From Candidatus Thorarchaeota archaeon (GTDB lineage Archaea; Asgardarchaeota; Thorarchaeia; Thorarchaeales; Thorarchaeaceae), in NCBI GenBank assembly GCA_011364905.1, contig RDNZ01000001.1, forward strand, positions 54,025 to 118,024: DNA of 64,000 nucleotides, read 5' to 3'. The notes below the pieces were generated by a model. It made no database searches. It was not told the origin of the DNA and saw nothing but the letters and a program-made list of their open reading frames with translations. Positions 20,228 to 30,131 of the stretch are shown here, piece after piece; within the stretch, counting starts at the first letter, position 1, and the number at the start of each line of letters is the position of its first letter. A program made the translations under genes and the position numbers.

Positions 20228-23200
20228 TTACTCTTCTGGTGGTAAGGGCGAAGGTAGCTTTGTTTCAGCAGCTATCAGAAAGTCTCCGTCAACTGCTTCA
20301 AGCACCATTTGATGCGCTCTTCTTTCAGTGTATCCAAGAACGCTCGTTGCCTTGATAATTGCGTCAACGGAAACTCCATGGTGAATGTCCATACTATCGA
20401 GCGCAGAAGATACTGGACTAAGATCTTTGGGGAGGTTCCTCTTTACTCCAACGTATCTCTTCATCAACCGCCCATCGAAGTAACTTACGAAGATTGAATC
20501 AAAAGTGTCAGAGAGTGTTGGAGATCGGACCATCTGACGGATTGCATCATCCTGGTGGTCATAAAGTCCGCCGACCTCTCTACTGAATGTTTCAAGTTGT
20601 ACCTTTTGTCTACTAGAGGCAGGTTCTACAGTGATAATGGCGCAAATGAGTGACTCAGTTTGCACTGCTGTGACCACTTCTGTGATAGGAATTGCTGTCC
20701 ACATGGGCTCATCAATTGAGAATTCTGATCGGAATTGAGAAATTGCTGTTATTAGTGAGCTAAGTATGGATTCTTGAAATGCTCCCTTGAGGATATTTGA
20801 GTACACAGGCAGTCCAATTGCACGATGAATGACAAGCAGACCAATTAGATTCTTTGCATCATCAATGCGTCCCTCAAGAGCCAGAAGTTCGAGGTTACGT
20901 CTTGTCATGGTAGTCATATAGAAACGACGGCTGAATGCTATTGCGACTACGGAAATCACGACAATAAACGCCCCAATGAAACCTGCTCTTAGTGTAACCA
21001 CGTAAAGCGACTCCGTCCCCGGGATTCGAATGGTGACATTTACACTATTGCTTTCAAAATAAGGCATGGCAACTTCAATAACGACCAAATATTCTCCAGA
21101 GCCAAAGCCCGTAGAGTTGAAGTCCGCCTCCCACCAGTTTCTAGCATAGTTAGGACTAAACTGAACAATTCCCGAAGTCCAATTACCAGTTACTTGTGCG
21201 TCGCTAAGGATTGAATTGCCGTTATCTTGGTCATAGAGAGAGATGGCAAGCGTGAATTCATCACCAGATTTGATCTCGCGGATTGGCGTCTGAGCTATAA
21301 CGGTGAATTTGTGCAACAAACTAAATTCCGCTTTACCATATCCCACTTCAGTGCCATTGTGCCAGAAGGCACCGACAATCCATTCTCCAACAGTTGAATT
21401 CACAGGGCCAAAAACATCTCCCTGTGTGACTACCGTTGAGTCATTGAAATTATGCAGAACCTCGCTCGCCCATAGGTCACTAGTGGGGAGATACCAACTC
21501 ACCTCAACATTCGTGGCATTTCCAAGTGAATCGTTAGTTGCACCAAGACTAGCAAGACACCTAATTCTGTCTTCATTGTGAAAGATGGATTCGTCAGCCC
21601 ATGTGAGGTCCGACTTGTTTTGAACTTGAGTTGTTAGTTTGTTTACGTAATTTGGTCCGTGCAGAATTATTGTCCACCAACCTGCGGAATTCGCTAAACC
21701 GGAGGCGATGGTTAGTTTCGAATCCTCTACAGACACACTAGGTGTGACATCCTGGCCGAGAGGATTCAAGACCTGCGGATCATTCCAGTCAGATGGGATA
21801 TGCGCGATTATTCCTTTGTCAGCTGCTTCAGGATATGATTGGATATACGTGTATAGAGAAAACTCTGCGTGCTCACCCATTTCAATGACATATGACACTC
21901 CATCATCTTCCAGGTTCATGGAACTCATTGAGTAACTGAAACGGGTCATAATACTGACTTTTGATGAAAATTCAAAGGAAACTGTCGTGTTCGATGAAAA
22001 GGTGAATGGGATAGATGCTTTCTCCCAGAAGGAATAATTCAACAGAATCTCCCCTTGACTAACTGTTCCATATACAGGTAGTGTGCCTAAAGGTGAACAG
22101 CTTACTGTCAGGTCTACTTGTTGCGGACTCGGAGCATTCAGAGCCGTTAGGGAGATATCATCAACAAGAAATGTAAGGAATTGACCATTAGCTGAATCGC
22201 CATCCAAATCAGCGTCGTTTTCATCAATCTGAATGTACGATGAAGGTGTGTCCACTTTCAAGACAACGCGAATTTCAAATTGCGGCGGAGCTTCAGGAAT
22301 TTCCACTTCTAGCGGGCCAGTGGAAAACCAAACTCCTCTCTGTGTCATATTCGTGGGATCTATTGTCCAGTTCCATAGCATTGATGTTCCATTGAGAATC
22401 TCAAAGCCAAATTCAAAAATGTCAGAGTAGTTCAAACCAATTGGTCCTCGCTGATATAGATAGTCCATTGAGAACTCGAATTCTTCTTCCCCCTGACTAT
22501 TGTTGACCATCTGGTACCAATAAATCCGAGTTCCGTCGTAGTGTCGATATCCAACGCCCACTACTTCATAACCCTCGTTCTCAATGGATAGGTATTTGCT
22601 ACCAGTGTCGACATAGGAGGTTCGCTGTCTTCCAGGTGTGTAGAGAATTTCTCGCTGGGCCAACCATCCATCAGCGTAAAATGCTCCATTCCCGGTCCAA
22701 TCAATATTCGCACCAGGATTTCCAGTTTCAAAGGTCCCGTTCAACGCGTAGAGACAATTGAGGTCTCTAATGTCAACCTCGACCTGTTCTGCACTCCAGG
22801 AGTCGTCCCCTGCACAAACGTCATAGCTGAAGGACACTGCTCCAACTGGAACAAGATCTGCACCTCCTGACGAATCGGACAGAGATCCTTCAAACTTGTA
22901 ATAGTGAGAAAGACCTGGTTCATTCCCAGCTAGAGTTTCCAAGTAATCACTCCTAATATCCTCTAAGGGCCTTTCAACTGTATAGTATCTAAAATCATCC
23001 ACATGGCCATCGACCATTGTATCAGGTCGAGCAGCAGAATTCATCAGGTCATTTTCAGACAGAAAACCTACGACTGATCCGACCCATGAAGTTGTAAAGG
23101 CATCCTCCAAAGGTTGAGTGTCTTCATCACCCCAATAGATTGCAATCTGGTTTGATGTGTCATCCCAGGTGATGGCTAAGAAATACCATCGACCAAGTAC

Positions 23201-23794
23201 CCAGTCATTCTTATTCCCCACGATGGTTGTGTCCCCGCCCCAGTCTAATGTAAGGCGATTGTCAACAGACCAACGAGTTTCAAAGTCATAATCCTGCCCC
23301 CAGAACCGTCCAGTGGCTAGGGAACCATCCCATTTTATCCAAAGAGAAATAGTTCCTTGCGGTGATCCGAAGTCGGTTTGGCCACTAACACCGACTAAGA
23401 AGTAACCTCCTGAACAATCGGCAGAGTACCTGTTACCTTGTGAGCCTACAGGAGAGAATGCTTCAGAGCTTGGTTGAGGTGCCGTGTCAGTACGAGCGAT
23501 AGTGTATGGTTGAATCCCAGCAGCTGAACCGAAATGTTCGATAGGAACAGGGTTGAGTATACCAGTTCTTGGTTCCGGGCTTTCAGAAAGGCCATGATAT
23601 ATTCCCTTGGAAAGTCGTATAGGATCTGAGAAGTTGGTTCTTGAAGTCGTTGTGCTTGGAGCTGCTAACGGTGCCCACCCTAACATGCTACAGAGAAATA
23701 GTATCATGACTAGATGGGTCCTTTTCAACCACTGGCCTCCGATGAGAAGCTGGTAACTAGGCCGGAGTTTATGCCACAAAACGCAACTTCCCAA
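20228..23794 (-). CDS. Receptor-like surface protein: signal peptide, Laminin_G_3/ConA-like lectin domain, beta-sandwich domains, one TM helix, and a roughly 300-aa cytoplasmic domain that may be roadblock/LC7-like. The probable true start is 23707 (MILFLCSMLGWAPLAAPS).
   Basis: The LamG-like block is GTISLWIKWDGS...WYFLAITWDDTSNQIAIYWGDEDTQP...VDDFRYYTVERPLEDI. The TM helix is GFIGAFIVVISVVAIAFS followed by RRFY. The cytoplasmic segment NLIGLLVIHRAIGLPVYSNILKG...LITAISQF is loosely roadblock-like. The ORF is 1188 aa. Confidence 0.75.
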   Translation of the reverse strand: MGSCVLWHKLRPSYQLLIGGQWLKRTHLVMILFLCSMLGWAPLAAPSTTTSRTNFSDPIRLSKGIYHGLSESPEPRTGILNPVPIEHFGSAAGIQPYTIARTDTAPQPSSEAFSPVGSQGNRYSADCSGGYFLVGVSGQTDFGSPQGTISLWIKWDGSLATGRFWGQDYDFETRWSVDNRLTLDWGGDTTIVGNKNDWVLGRWYFLAITWDDTSNQIAIYWGDEDTQPLEDAFTTSWVGSVVGFLSENDLMNSAARPDTMVDGHVDDFRYYTVERPLEDIRSDYLETLAGNEPGLSHYYKFEGSLSDSSGGADLVPVGAVSFSYDVCAGDDSWSAEQVEVDIRDLNCLYALNGTFETGNPGANIDWTGNGAFYADGWLAQREILYTPGRQRTSYVDTGSKYLSIENEGYEVVGVGYRHYDGTRIYWYQMVNNSQGEEEFEFSMDYLYQRGPIGLNYSDIFEFGFEILNGTSMLWNWTIDPTNMTQRGVWFSTGPLEVEIPEAPPQFEIRVVLKVDTPSSYIQIDENDADLDGDSANGQFLTFLVDDISLTALNAPSPQQVDLTVSCSPLGTLPVYGTVSQGEILLNYSFWEKASIPFTFSSNTTVSFEFSSKVSIMTRFSYSMSSMNLEDDGVSYVIEMGEHAEFSLYTYIQSYPEAADKGIIAHIPSDWNDPQVLNPLGQDVTPSVSVEDSKLTIASGLANSAGWWTIILHGPNYVNKLTTQVQNKSDLTWADESIFHNEDRIRCLASLGATNDSLGNATNVEVSWYLPTSDLWASEVLHNFNDSTVVTQGDVFGPVNSTVGEWIVGAFWHNGTEVGYGKAEFSLLHKFTVIAQTPIREIKSGDEFTLAISLYDQDNGNSILSDAQVTGNWTSGIVQFSPNYARNWWEADFNSTGFGSGEYLVVIEVAMPYFESNSVNVTIRIPGTESLYVVTLRAGFIGAFIVVISVVAIAFSRRFYMTTMTRRNLELLALEGRIDDAKNLIGLLVIHRAIGLPVYSNILKGAFQESILSSLITAISQFRSEFSIDEPMWTAIPITEVVTAVQTESLICAIITVEPASSRQKVQLETFSREVGGLYDHQDDAIRQMVRSPTLSDTFDSIFVSYFDGRLMKRYVGVKRNLPKDLSPVSSALDSMDIHHGVSVDAIIKATSVLGYTERRAHQMVLEAVDGDFLIAAETKLPSPLPPEE

Positions 23795-23895
23795 CTTTGC
23801 TGTCTTCTCATACGTAGTATTATCTATTTCAGGAAATGGTGTTCGAACTGGAACGCCAACAGGTGCATGAATTTACCAGTCATAGGGTGATGTTT

Positions 23896-25431
23896 CTATA
23901 ACAATCCAACTCTCTCATTGAAACTGTTGATCAGTTCATCAATTTTTGGAGTTGTCTGCTGAATCTGCTTCCAGTACTGTGGATAATCATACCACTGACT
24001 GTTTAGCTCATCAAGATCGAAACCCTGTTGTTCAATCCATGTGTAGTACTTCAAATGATGAATCCGCTTTTTGTCGTAATGATTCAGCTCTATCATTGCA
24101 TCAGTCTTTTGCGCAAGGAGATGTCTATTGTAATCTTTGACGCCGTCTAATATTGAATAGGAACCATGTTTGACTTTAGCCTCTCTCAAGCGAGATTGAT
24201 ACATATCCATAGAATCTGTAAAGACAGTAAGAACAACATCATTCTTTGTGAGTTCATAGTACTTAGCAAACTTGATACTCATCAGAAGGTTTGCTATGCT
24301 TGAGATACCCAAGAGGTCGAGCTTGGAGACAATACTCTCAGGGGCACCTATGTCATTAATGAGATATTTGCGACCTTCAGGTTCGTTAAAGAGCCTAATG
24401 AGATTCATTGGGTCCGCATCATCAATTGCAATAATCATATCGGTGTTATGAACGTTCATTATCCATGGTACATGCTTATCGCCGATACCCTCAATCCTAT
24501 GTGCACCATATCCGTTCAACCAGAGTGTTGGACACTGCACAGCCTCTCCAGCTGCAATTTTAGAGGTCGGATAAGTCTGTTTCATGAAGTCTCCAGACCC
24601 AATGGTTCCAGCAGATCCTGTAGTCAGACAAACGCCTCTGTATGTATCGTTGCCTAACTCTTCCTCGAGGACATCTTTCATCGCATTACCAGTTATTTCA
24701 TAGTGCCAGAGATAGTTCCCGAATTCGCTGAACTGATTGAAGACGAAGACATTGTCCCTTGTGGCCTTGAGTTCTGCCACTTTGTCGTAAATTTCTTTGA
24801 CATTACTCTCGCTGCCGGGAGTCTTGATGATCTCCCCGGCAACAGTCTTTAACCAGTCAAACCGCTCTTGACTCATTTCTTCAGGGAGGATTGCAACGCT
24901 TTCACAAGCGAGGAGTGTCGCATCGTACGCACCACCTCGGCAGTAGTTGCCAGTAGATGGCCAAACTGCTTTGTGAATGGTGGGATCAAATTGACCAGTC
25001 ACTAGGGGAGGAACAAGACAGCCAAATGCAGCTCCGACTTTGTGAGCTCCTGTCGGGAACCACTTACCTACAAGAGCGATAATCCTTGCTTCCACACCAG
25101 TAATCTCAGGTGGGATCTCCATGTAGTTTGGGAGGGGTTGAAAGAGACCTCCCTTTTCGCGAGGTTGGTTCTTCCAAGTGATTCTGAACAGGTTTTGCGG
25201 AACGACATCCCAGAGCCTGATGCTAACAAGCTCTTTCTTGATCTGATCAGGAATCTTTCGTGGGTCCTTCATCTGTTCGAAGGTGGGAATCACAATGTTT
25301 CGTTCTTTACAACGTTGAACAGTTCGCTTGAGTTGCTCTTCATTCTTTTTTAGGTCAATCATGCTGCAGTCCTCACGTGAAGTCACACAGGACCAAACCC
25401 ACTCAGGCAAAAGGGTTTCGGCGCGGCTCAA
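23896..25431 (-). CDS. PLP-dependent enzyme of fold type II (TrpB/cysteine-synthase/threonine-synthase superfamily) with a roughly 130-aa N-terminal extension. Substrate unknown.
   Basis: The PLP-lysine motif FPTGAHKVGAAF resembles the TrpB HTGAHK motif. The glycine-rich phosphate-binding loop is TTGSAGTIGSG. The 511 aa length is longer than canonical TrpB or CysK. Confidence 0.55.
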   Translation of the reverse strand: MSRAETLLPEWVWSCVTSREDCSMIDLKKNEEQLKRTVQRCKERNIVIPTFEQMKDPRKIPDQIKKELVSIRLWDVVPQNLFRITWKNQPREKGGLFQPLPNYMEIPPEITGVEARIIALVGKWFPTGAHKVGAAFGCLVPPLVTGQFDPTIHKAVWPSTGNYCRGGAYDATLLACESVAILPEEMSQERFDWLKTVAGEIIKTPGSESNVKEIYDKVAELKATRDNVFVFNQFSEFGNYLWHYEITGNAMKDVLEEELGNDTYRGVCLTTGSAGTIGSGDFMKQTYPTSKIAAGEAVQCPTLWLNGYGAHRIEGIGDKHVPWIMNVHNTDMIIAIDDADPMNLIRLFNEPEGRKYLINDIGAPESIVSKLDLLGISSIANLLMSIKFAKYYELTKNDVVLTVFTDSMDMYQSRLREAKVKHGSYSILDGVKDYNRHLLAQKTDAMIELNHYDKKRIHHLKYYTWIEQQGFDLDELNSQWYDYPQYWKQIQQTTPKIDELINSFNERVGLL

Positions 25432-25596
25432 GACGCCTCTATAGAATGCTTAATAATGAAACATGCCCCCAAGCGAGTCAATTAAGAGGAATACGCTTCT
25501 CTAATTGACGATTAGCATTCATGGTGCATTGAATCTAACCCTGCAATTAGGTTAGTAGCCTACCTTGAATCATTTAGTGCAGGTGGGTATAACAAG

Positions 25597-28338
25597 ATGA
25601 GTAAAGAAAAACATGTGTACATTTTTGGCGCTGGAAAAGCTGATGGCGATGGGACAATGAAAAACCTGTTGGGCGGAAAAGGAGCGTCCCTTGCGGGAGG
25701 CACTCTTCTTGGTCTCCCAGTCCCTCCAGGATTCACCATTTCAACTGATGTTTGTAATCTCTATCTAGCTTCTGGAGGACTCAGTGATGATGTCAAGGAG
25801 CAAGTAAAAGCAGCAATGGCTCAAACAGAGGAAAATATGGGGATGAAGTTTGGAGACCCCAAGAATCCATTGCTTGTGTCTTGCAGGTCTGGTGCGAGGT
25901 CCTCGATGCCGGGTATGATGGAAACGGTCCTAAACGTTGGCCTAACGACCTCTACGATACCCGGGCTTATTGAAACCACACAGAACGAGAGATTCGTCTA
26001 TGACTCATACAGACGTCTCATCATGATGTTCTCGGATGTGGTTATGGAAAAGGCAGCTGGAATCGAACCTGAAGAGGGCTTAGGGATTCGTCAGCGACTT
26101 GACAGGATTATGGAGAGAAAGAAGAAAGAAGTCGGATGCCTGACTGATACGGGTTTGGGTGTCGTGCATCTGAAGGAGATTGTTGAAGAATTCAAGGAAA
26201 CCATCAAGAAGACACTGGGAGTTGAATTCCCTGACGATCCATATGAACAGCTATGGGCTGCAATTGGTGCAGTCTTCAAGAGCTGGGGAGGGACACGAGC
26301 TGTTGCCTATCGGCGAATTGAGAACATCCCTGATGAATGGGGGACAGCATGTACGGTACAGAGCATGGTGTTTGGAAATATGGGTGACAGTTCTGCAACA
26401 GGAGTAGCGTTCTCAAGAAATCCTGCCACAGGAGAGGACAAGTTCTATGGTGAGTTTCTCATAAATGCACAGGGAGAGGATGTCGTAGCAGGTACCCGAA
26501 CACCAAATGCGATGAACGAAGAAAGCAAGAACGAGCAGAGTAAGGACCTGCCGACTCTTGAGGAATCAATGCCAGAAATTTACAAGCAGCTTGTAGACAT
26601 CAAGAACACGTTGGAAGATGACACTAAGGACATGGTGGACATTGAATTCACAATCCAAGAAGGAAAGCTGTTCCTTGTACAGTATAGAGTTGGTAAAAGA
26701 ACAGCAACTGCCGCTCTGAACATTGCAATGGACATGTTGCATACAAAATTCATTGATGAGCCATCAGCAATACTGAGGGTTGCCCCTGAACAACTTGGTC
26801 AGTTGCTCTATCCAATATTGGACCCGGAAGCAGAGGCAGAAGCCAAACCGATTACACGTGGGCTACCTGCAGGTCCAGGAGGAGCTTCTGGACAGATCGT
26901 CTTTACTTCAGAAGCTGCGATTGATTGGGTCAAACAAGGAAAGAAGGTGGTTCTTGTCCGTGAAGAGACTAGCCCCGAGGATATCGAGGGTATGCGCGTC
27001 GCGAACGCTATACTCACTTGTAGAGGAGGAATGACAAGCCATGCGGCTCTTGTGACCCGTGGGTGGGGCAAATGCTGCATTGTTGGTGCTACGGGTCTCG
27101 ACATTAATACATTCGAAAAGACGTTGACCATCAATGGCAAAGTATACAAAGAGGGTGATGTTCTTACCCTAAATGGGACCATGGGCTTGGTGTATGATGG
27201 CGAGTTGCCAATGATTGAGGCAACTGAGAATCCCAAGTTGAAAGAGTTCATGGGGCTTATTGACAAATATAGAAAGATAGGAGTGAGGGCAAACGCAGAC
27301 AATCCTGACGATGCGGAGGTTGCTCTCAAATTCGGAGCAGAGGGAATTGGACTCCTCCGAACTGAACACATGTTTTATGGAGAGGGAAGCGACGAACCTT
27401 TGTTCCTCCTTCGCAAAATGATTTTGAGCAACACAAAAAGCGAAAGGCAACATGCTCTTCAAGAGCTTGCTCCATTTGTCAGGGAAGACATCAAGGCGAC
27501 ACTAGCAGTAATGAATGGACTGCCGGTCACTATACGATTACTTGATCCGCCTTTACACGAGTTTGTGCCTCAATCAAGAATTGGACAGGAAAAACTTGCT
27601 CATTCATTAGGTATTACAATTGATGATGTTCGCAAACGTGGCGAACAGATTCATGAACAGAATCCAATGATGGGATTAAGAGGCGTACGCCTAGGTATCG
27701 TCTATCCAGAGATCTATGAAATGCAAGTAAGGGCTATTCTTGAGGCTGGTGCCGAGCTCATAAAGGACGGAAAGAAAGTCGATCTTGAAATCATGATTCC
27801 AGTCACAATTGGTTCAGCTGAGCTCAAGACAATGGAATTAATCGTTGATAGAGTCTATAAAGAGGTCAGGGATGAGGTCGGATTCGATATTCCGTACATG
27901 TACGGTACAATGATTGAGATTCCTCGAGCCTGTATGCGTGCAGGAGATATGGCGCAGAGCGCTCAATTCTTCAGTTTTGGCACAAATGATCTCTCGCAAA
28001 TGGGATTTGGCTTCAGCAGAGATGACATCGAATCGTTTCTGCCCGAGTATCTTGACAAACACATACTCAGGAATGATCCTTTCGCAAGCATAGATATGCG
28101 AGGCATAGGCCAGCTTATGGAAATCGCAATCGAACGGGGTCGCAAGACAAGACCAGACATCAAGCTCGGTGTCTGCGGAGAGCATGGTGGAGATCCGAGA
28201 TCAGTTGAGTTCTTCCATAAGATAGGACTCGACTACGTATCATGCTCGCCGTATCGGCTTCCCATCGCGCGACTTGCTGCTGCACAAGCAGCCATTAAAG
28301 AAGTTCATTGGCTTTTGCTGAAGAACAAAACAAAGTAG
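25597..28338 (+). CDS. ppdK: Pyruvate, phosphate dikinase.
   Basis: The N-terminus MSKEKHVYIFGAGKADGDGTMKNLLGGKGASLAGGTLLGLPVPPGFTIST is the diagnostic PPDK start. The phospho-His domain is GGMTSHAALVTRGWGKCCIVG. A C-terminal PEP-utilising TIM barrel is present. Length 913 aa. An SD-like GGTGGG sits 8 nt upstream. Confidence 0.92.
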   Translation: MSKEKHVYIFGAGKADGDGTMKNLLGGKGASLAGGTLLGLPVPPGFTISTDVCNLYLASGGLSDDVKEQVKAAMAQTEENMGMKFGDPKNPLLVSCRSGARSSMPGMMETVLNVGLTTSTIPGLIETTQNERFVYDSYRRLIMMFSDVVMEKAAGIEPEEGLGIRQRLDRIMERKKKEVGCLTDTGLGVVHLKEIVEEFKETIKKTLGVEFPDDPYEQLWAAIGAVFKSWGGTRAVAYRRIENIPDEWGTACTVQSMVFGNMGDSSATGVAFSRNPATGEDKFYGEFLINAQGEDVVAGTRTPNAMNEESKNEQSKDLPTLEESMPEIYKQLVDIKNTLEDDTKDMVDIEFTIQEGKLFLVQYRVGKRTATAALNIAMDMLHTKFIDEPSAILRVAPEQLGQLLYPILDPEAEAEAKPITRGLPAGPGGASGQIVFTSEAAIDWVKQGKKVVLVREETSPEDIEGMRVANAILTCRGGMTSHAALVTRGWGKCCIVGATGLDINTFEKTLTINGKVYKEGDVLTLNGTMGLVYDGELPMIEATENPKLKEFMGLIDKYRKIGVRANADNPDDAEVALKFGAEGIGLLRTEHMFYGEGSDEPLFLLRKMILSNTKSERQHALQELAPFVREDIKATLAVMNGLPVTIRLLDPPLHEFVPQSRIGQEKLAHSLGITIDDVRKRGEQIHEQNPMMGLRGVRLGIVYPEIYEMQVRAILEAGAELIKDGKKVDLEIMIPVTIGSAELKTMELIVDRVYKEVRDEVGFDIPYMYGTMIEIPRACMRAGDMAQSAQFFSFGTNDLSQMGFGFSRDDIESFLPEYLDKHILRNDPFASIDMRGIGQLMEIAIERGRKTRPDIKLGVCGEHGGDPRSVEFFHKIGLDYVSCSPYRLPIARLAAAQAAIKEVHWLLLKNKTK

Positions 28339-28387
28339 TTACATTGGTGCTTCTATGAACACTAGAAGCACTTCATTCCTCTTTTTA

Positions 28388-29953
28388 TCAAGTCTTTTTC
28401 ACATGGTAACGTACTCTAGTCAGGATTAAAAGAATCATAAATCCCACCCCTATTCCAATTGAACCACCTAATATTATCATAGATGGAATTTGATAGCGTT
28501 CTCTGACTGTAACAAATACTGTGTCTGATTTTATCTTATTATCCCAAGGATTCCAAATGGAGAGAGTATAGTTGTATATACCCGCATCAAGGTCATCAAC
28601 ACTGACTACAATGTGATCTGTGCCATCCCAAGAAGCGCTGAATATGACCTCACTATTACGAAGAATTTTGTAGTAGAAGTTTTCAGGAGTAGTGGCTAGG
28701 AGAAAACCGTGGAACAGTATCTGAACATCAAGGGTCCAGGTAATTGCGTGTCCTTCATTGCCGTATGTATATACAATGTCGGCAGGCGCATCTACATTGA
28801 CATTGTAGACAGGGACGTTATGATGAGGATTAACATGATGAAATGAAGGGGACAGTCCATCTGAGAAATCACCTGGCCAATAGTTAGCTTCGCTATCAAC
28901 TGATCCGAGTCTAGTTTTGAGATCAACACTGAAAGCCCGAATCCGAACCATGCAGTCTCCCAAGAGGAAGCCTGCGGCATTCCAAACATAGAATGTATCA
29001 GTCAGATTTCTTGCTAGGATCTGAAAGGTTGCACCTCCATCCAAGCTGAGCCAAACTGAGAAGAAGTTTGTATCGTTAGCATTCTTATCAGTACACGTCC
29101 ATGTTATATTATAGACCTCGTTTTCTACTTCTGTTGGTTCAGGTACAGTGACATCAGGTGAGAAGAAATTGCCAAGTGTAACATCAGTGTAGTCATAGAT
29201 CAAAGTGTAATTTGACTCTGTTTTTCCTTCTATTCGAACATCAACAGTTTGGTTCCTTCTATCCAACGTGTAGGTGTCATAGATCACGATATTTCCTTCG
29301 ACGCTGATTTGCTTGTAAACGCCTACTTGGAGGTACAGAGTCCAATTTCCGGGTGAAAGATCATAATCCAGACAACCAACATACATCGTATCGTTGTCTG
29401 ACTCCCAACGAAATTCATCAGTTTCAGGCTTAGCACTAGAAGCCATGCTGACAAGATTGTTGGCGTACGTGAGTTGTGAATATTCCTGTTCTCCACTCCA
29501 AGCCATGAAATCAGTATCACCGTTGGTGAAATTTCCGATGATGTTCACCATCCAGCCTCTCTCGATACCTTTTACAATTACCCAGTCAAACTCAGTAGGA
29601 TTTATGACTCCGCTAAATTGACTGTCGGGGTCGGAAGGGACTACAAGTTCTCTACTAGTATTCAATCGGAATCCATTCTCTACGGTCATCGTACAATGAG
29701 TGACGTTCAAAGACTCAGAAAAGGTTGCGTTCAGAACGACATGATCTCCAACCAAGTCAGCATCATCCATCACTGCCAGTCGTGAAGGCTGCCACTTTGA
29801 AGTCCATGTCAGTTCGAATTCATTGTTTGCCAATGAATCAACGATTATGTATTCTGGTCCTAAGATTATGTTAGTTTGAAGCGGAGAAACCATGAGATAA
29901 ATGACGATAGGTAGAAAGAGGCCTGTTTGTTGAAACCAGTTTCTTGCTCTCAT
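28388..29953 (-). CDS. Secreted beta-sandwich protein with an N-glycosylation-sequon-rich ectodomain and a C-terminal TM anchor. Start taken at MRARNW (29953); the ORF extends to 29974.
   Basis: Signal peptide MRARNWFQQTGLFLPIVIYLMVSPLQT. Many NxT/S sequons. The C-terminal TM helix is IILGGSIGIGVGFMILLILT followed by RVRYHVKKT. Confidence 0.6.
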   Translation of the reverse strand: MRARNWFQQTGLFLPIVIYLMVSPLQTNIILGPEYIIVDSLANNEFELTWTSKWQPSRLAVMDDADLVGDHVVLNATFSESLNVTHCTMTVENGFRLNTSRELVVPSDPDSQFSGVINPTEFDWVIVKGIERGWMVNIIGNFTNGDTDFMAWSGEQEYSQLTYANNLVSMASSAKPETDEFRWESDNDTMYVGCLDYDLSPGNWTLYLQVGVYKQISVEGNIVIYDTYTLDRRNQTVDVRIEGKTESNYTLIYDYTDVTLGNFFSPDVTVPEPTEVENEVYNITWTCTDKNANDTNFFSVWLSLDGGATFQILARNLTDTFYVWNAAGFLLGDCMVRIRAFSVDLKTRLGSVDSEANYWPGDFSDGLSPSFHHVNPHHNVPVYNVNVDAPADIVYTYGNEGHAITWTLDVQILFHGFLLATTPENFYYKILRNSEVIFSASWDGTDHIVVSVDDLDAGIYNYTLSIWNPWDNKIKSDTVFVTVRERYQIPSMIILGGSIGIGVGFMILLILTRVRYHVKKT

Positions 29954-30131
29954 ATCACGGGCTCCCCTCAACAACCTCCACTAGTAATAATGAGTAGGTT
30001 CGATATCAATCTAATTCTAGAACATCTAATGAGTCTTGATGAAGCTTTATTCTGGCAACAAAAAGTCAACACTTAAAACTAGGTCTTTTCGGGCTGACAT
30101 CCAATATACACAGTATCTCGAGGAGTACGTT

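Noticed and set aside
26808-27371. 187-aa minus-strand ORF inside ppdK
   Set aside because: Entirely antisense to the highly conserved PPDK coding region. Its composition is Ser/Pro/Ala-rich with no motif.
30036-30131. 32-codon N-terminal extension of the threonine dehydrogenase ORF
   Set aside because: The Rossmann fold begins at MKRILVTG (30132), which is preceded by AGGAG. The extension is basic and unstructured and absent from known TDH.
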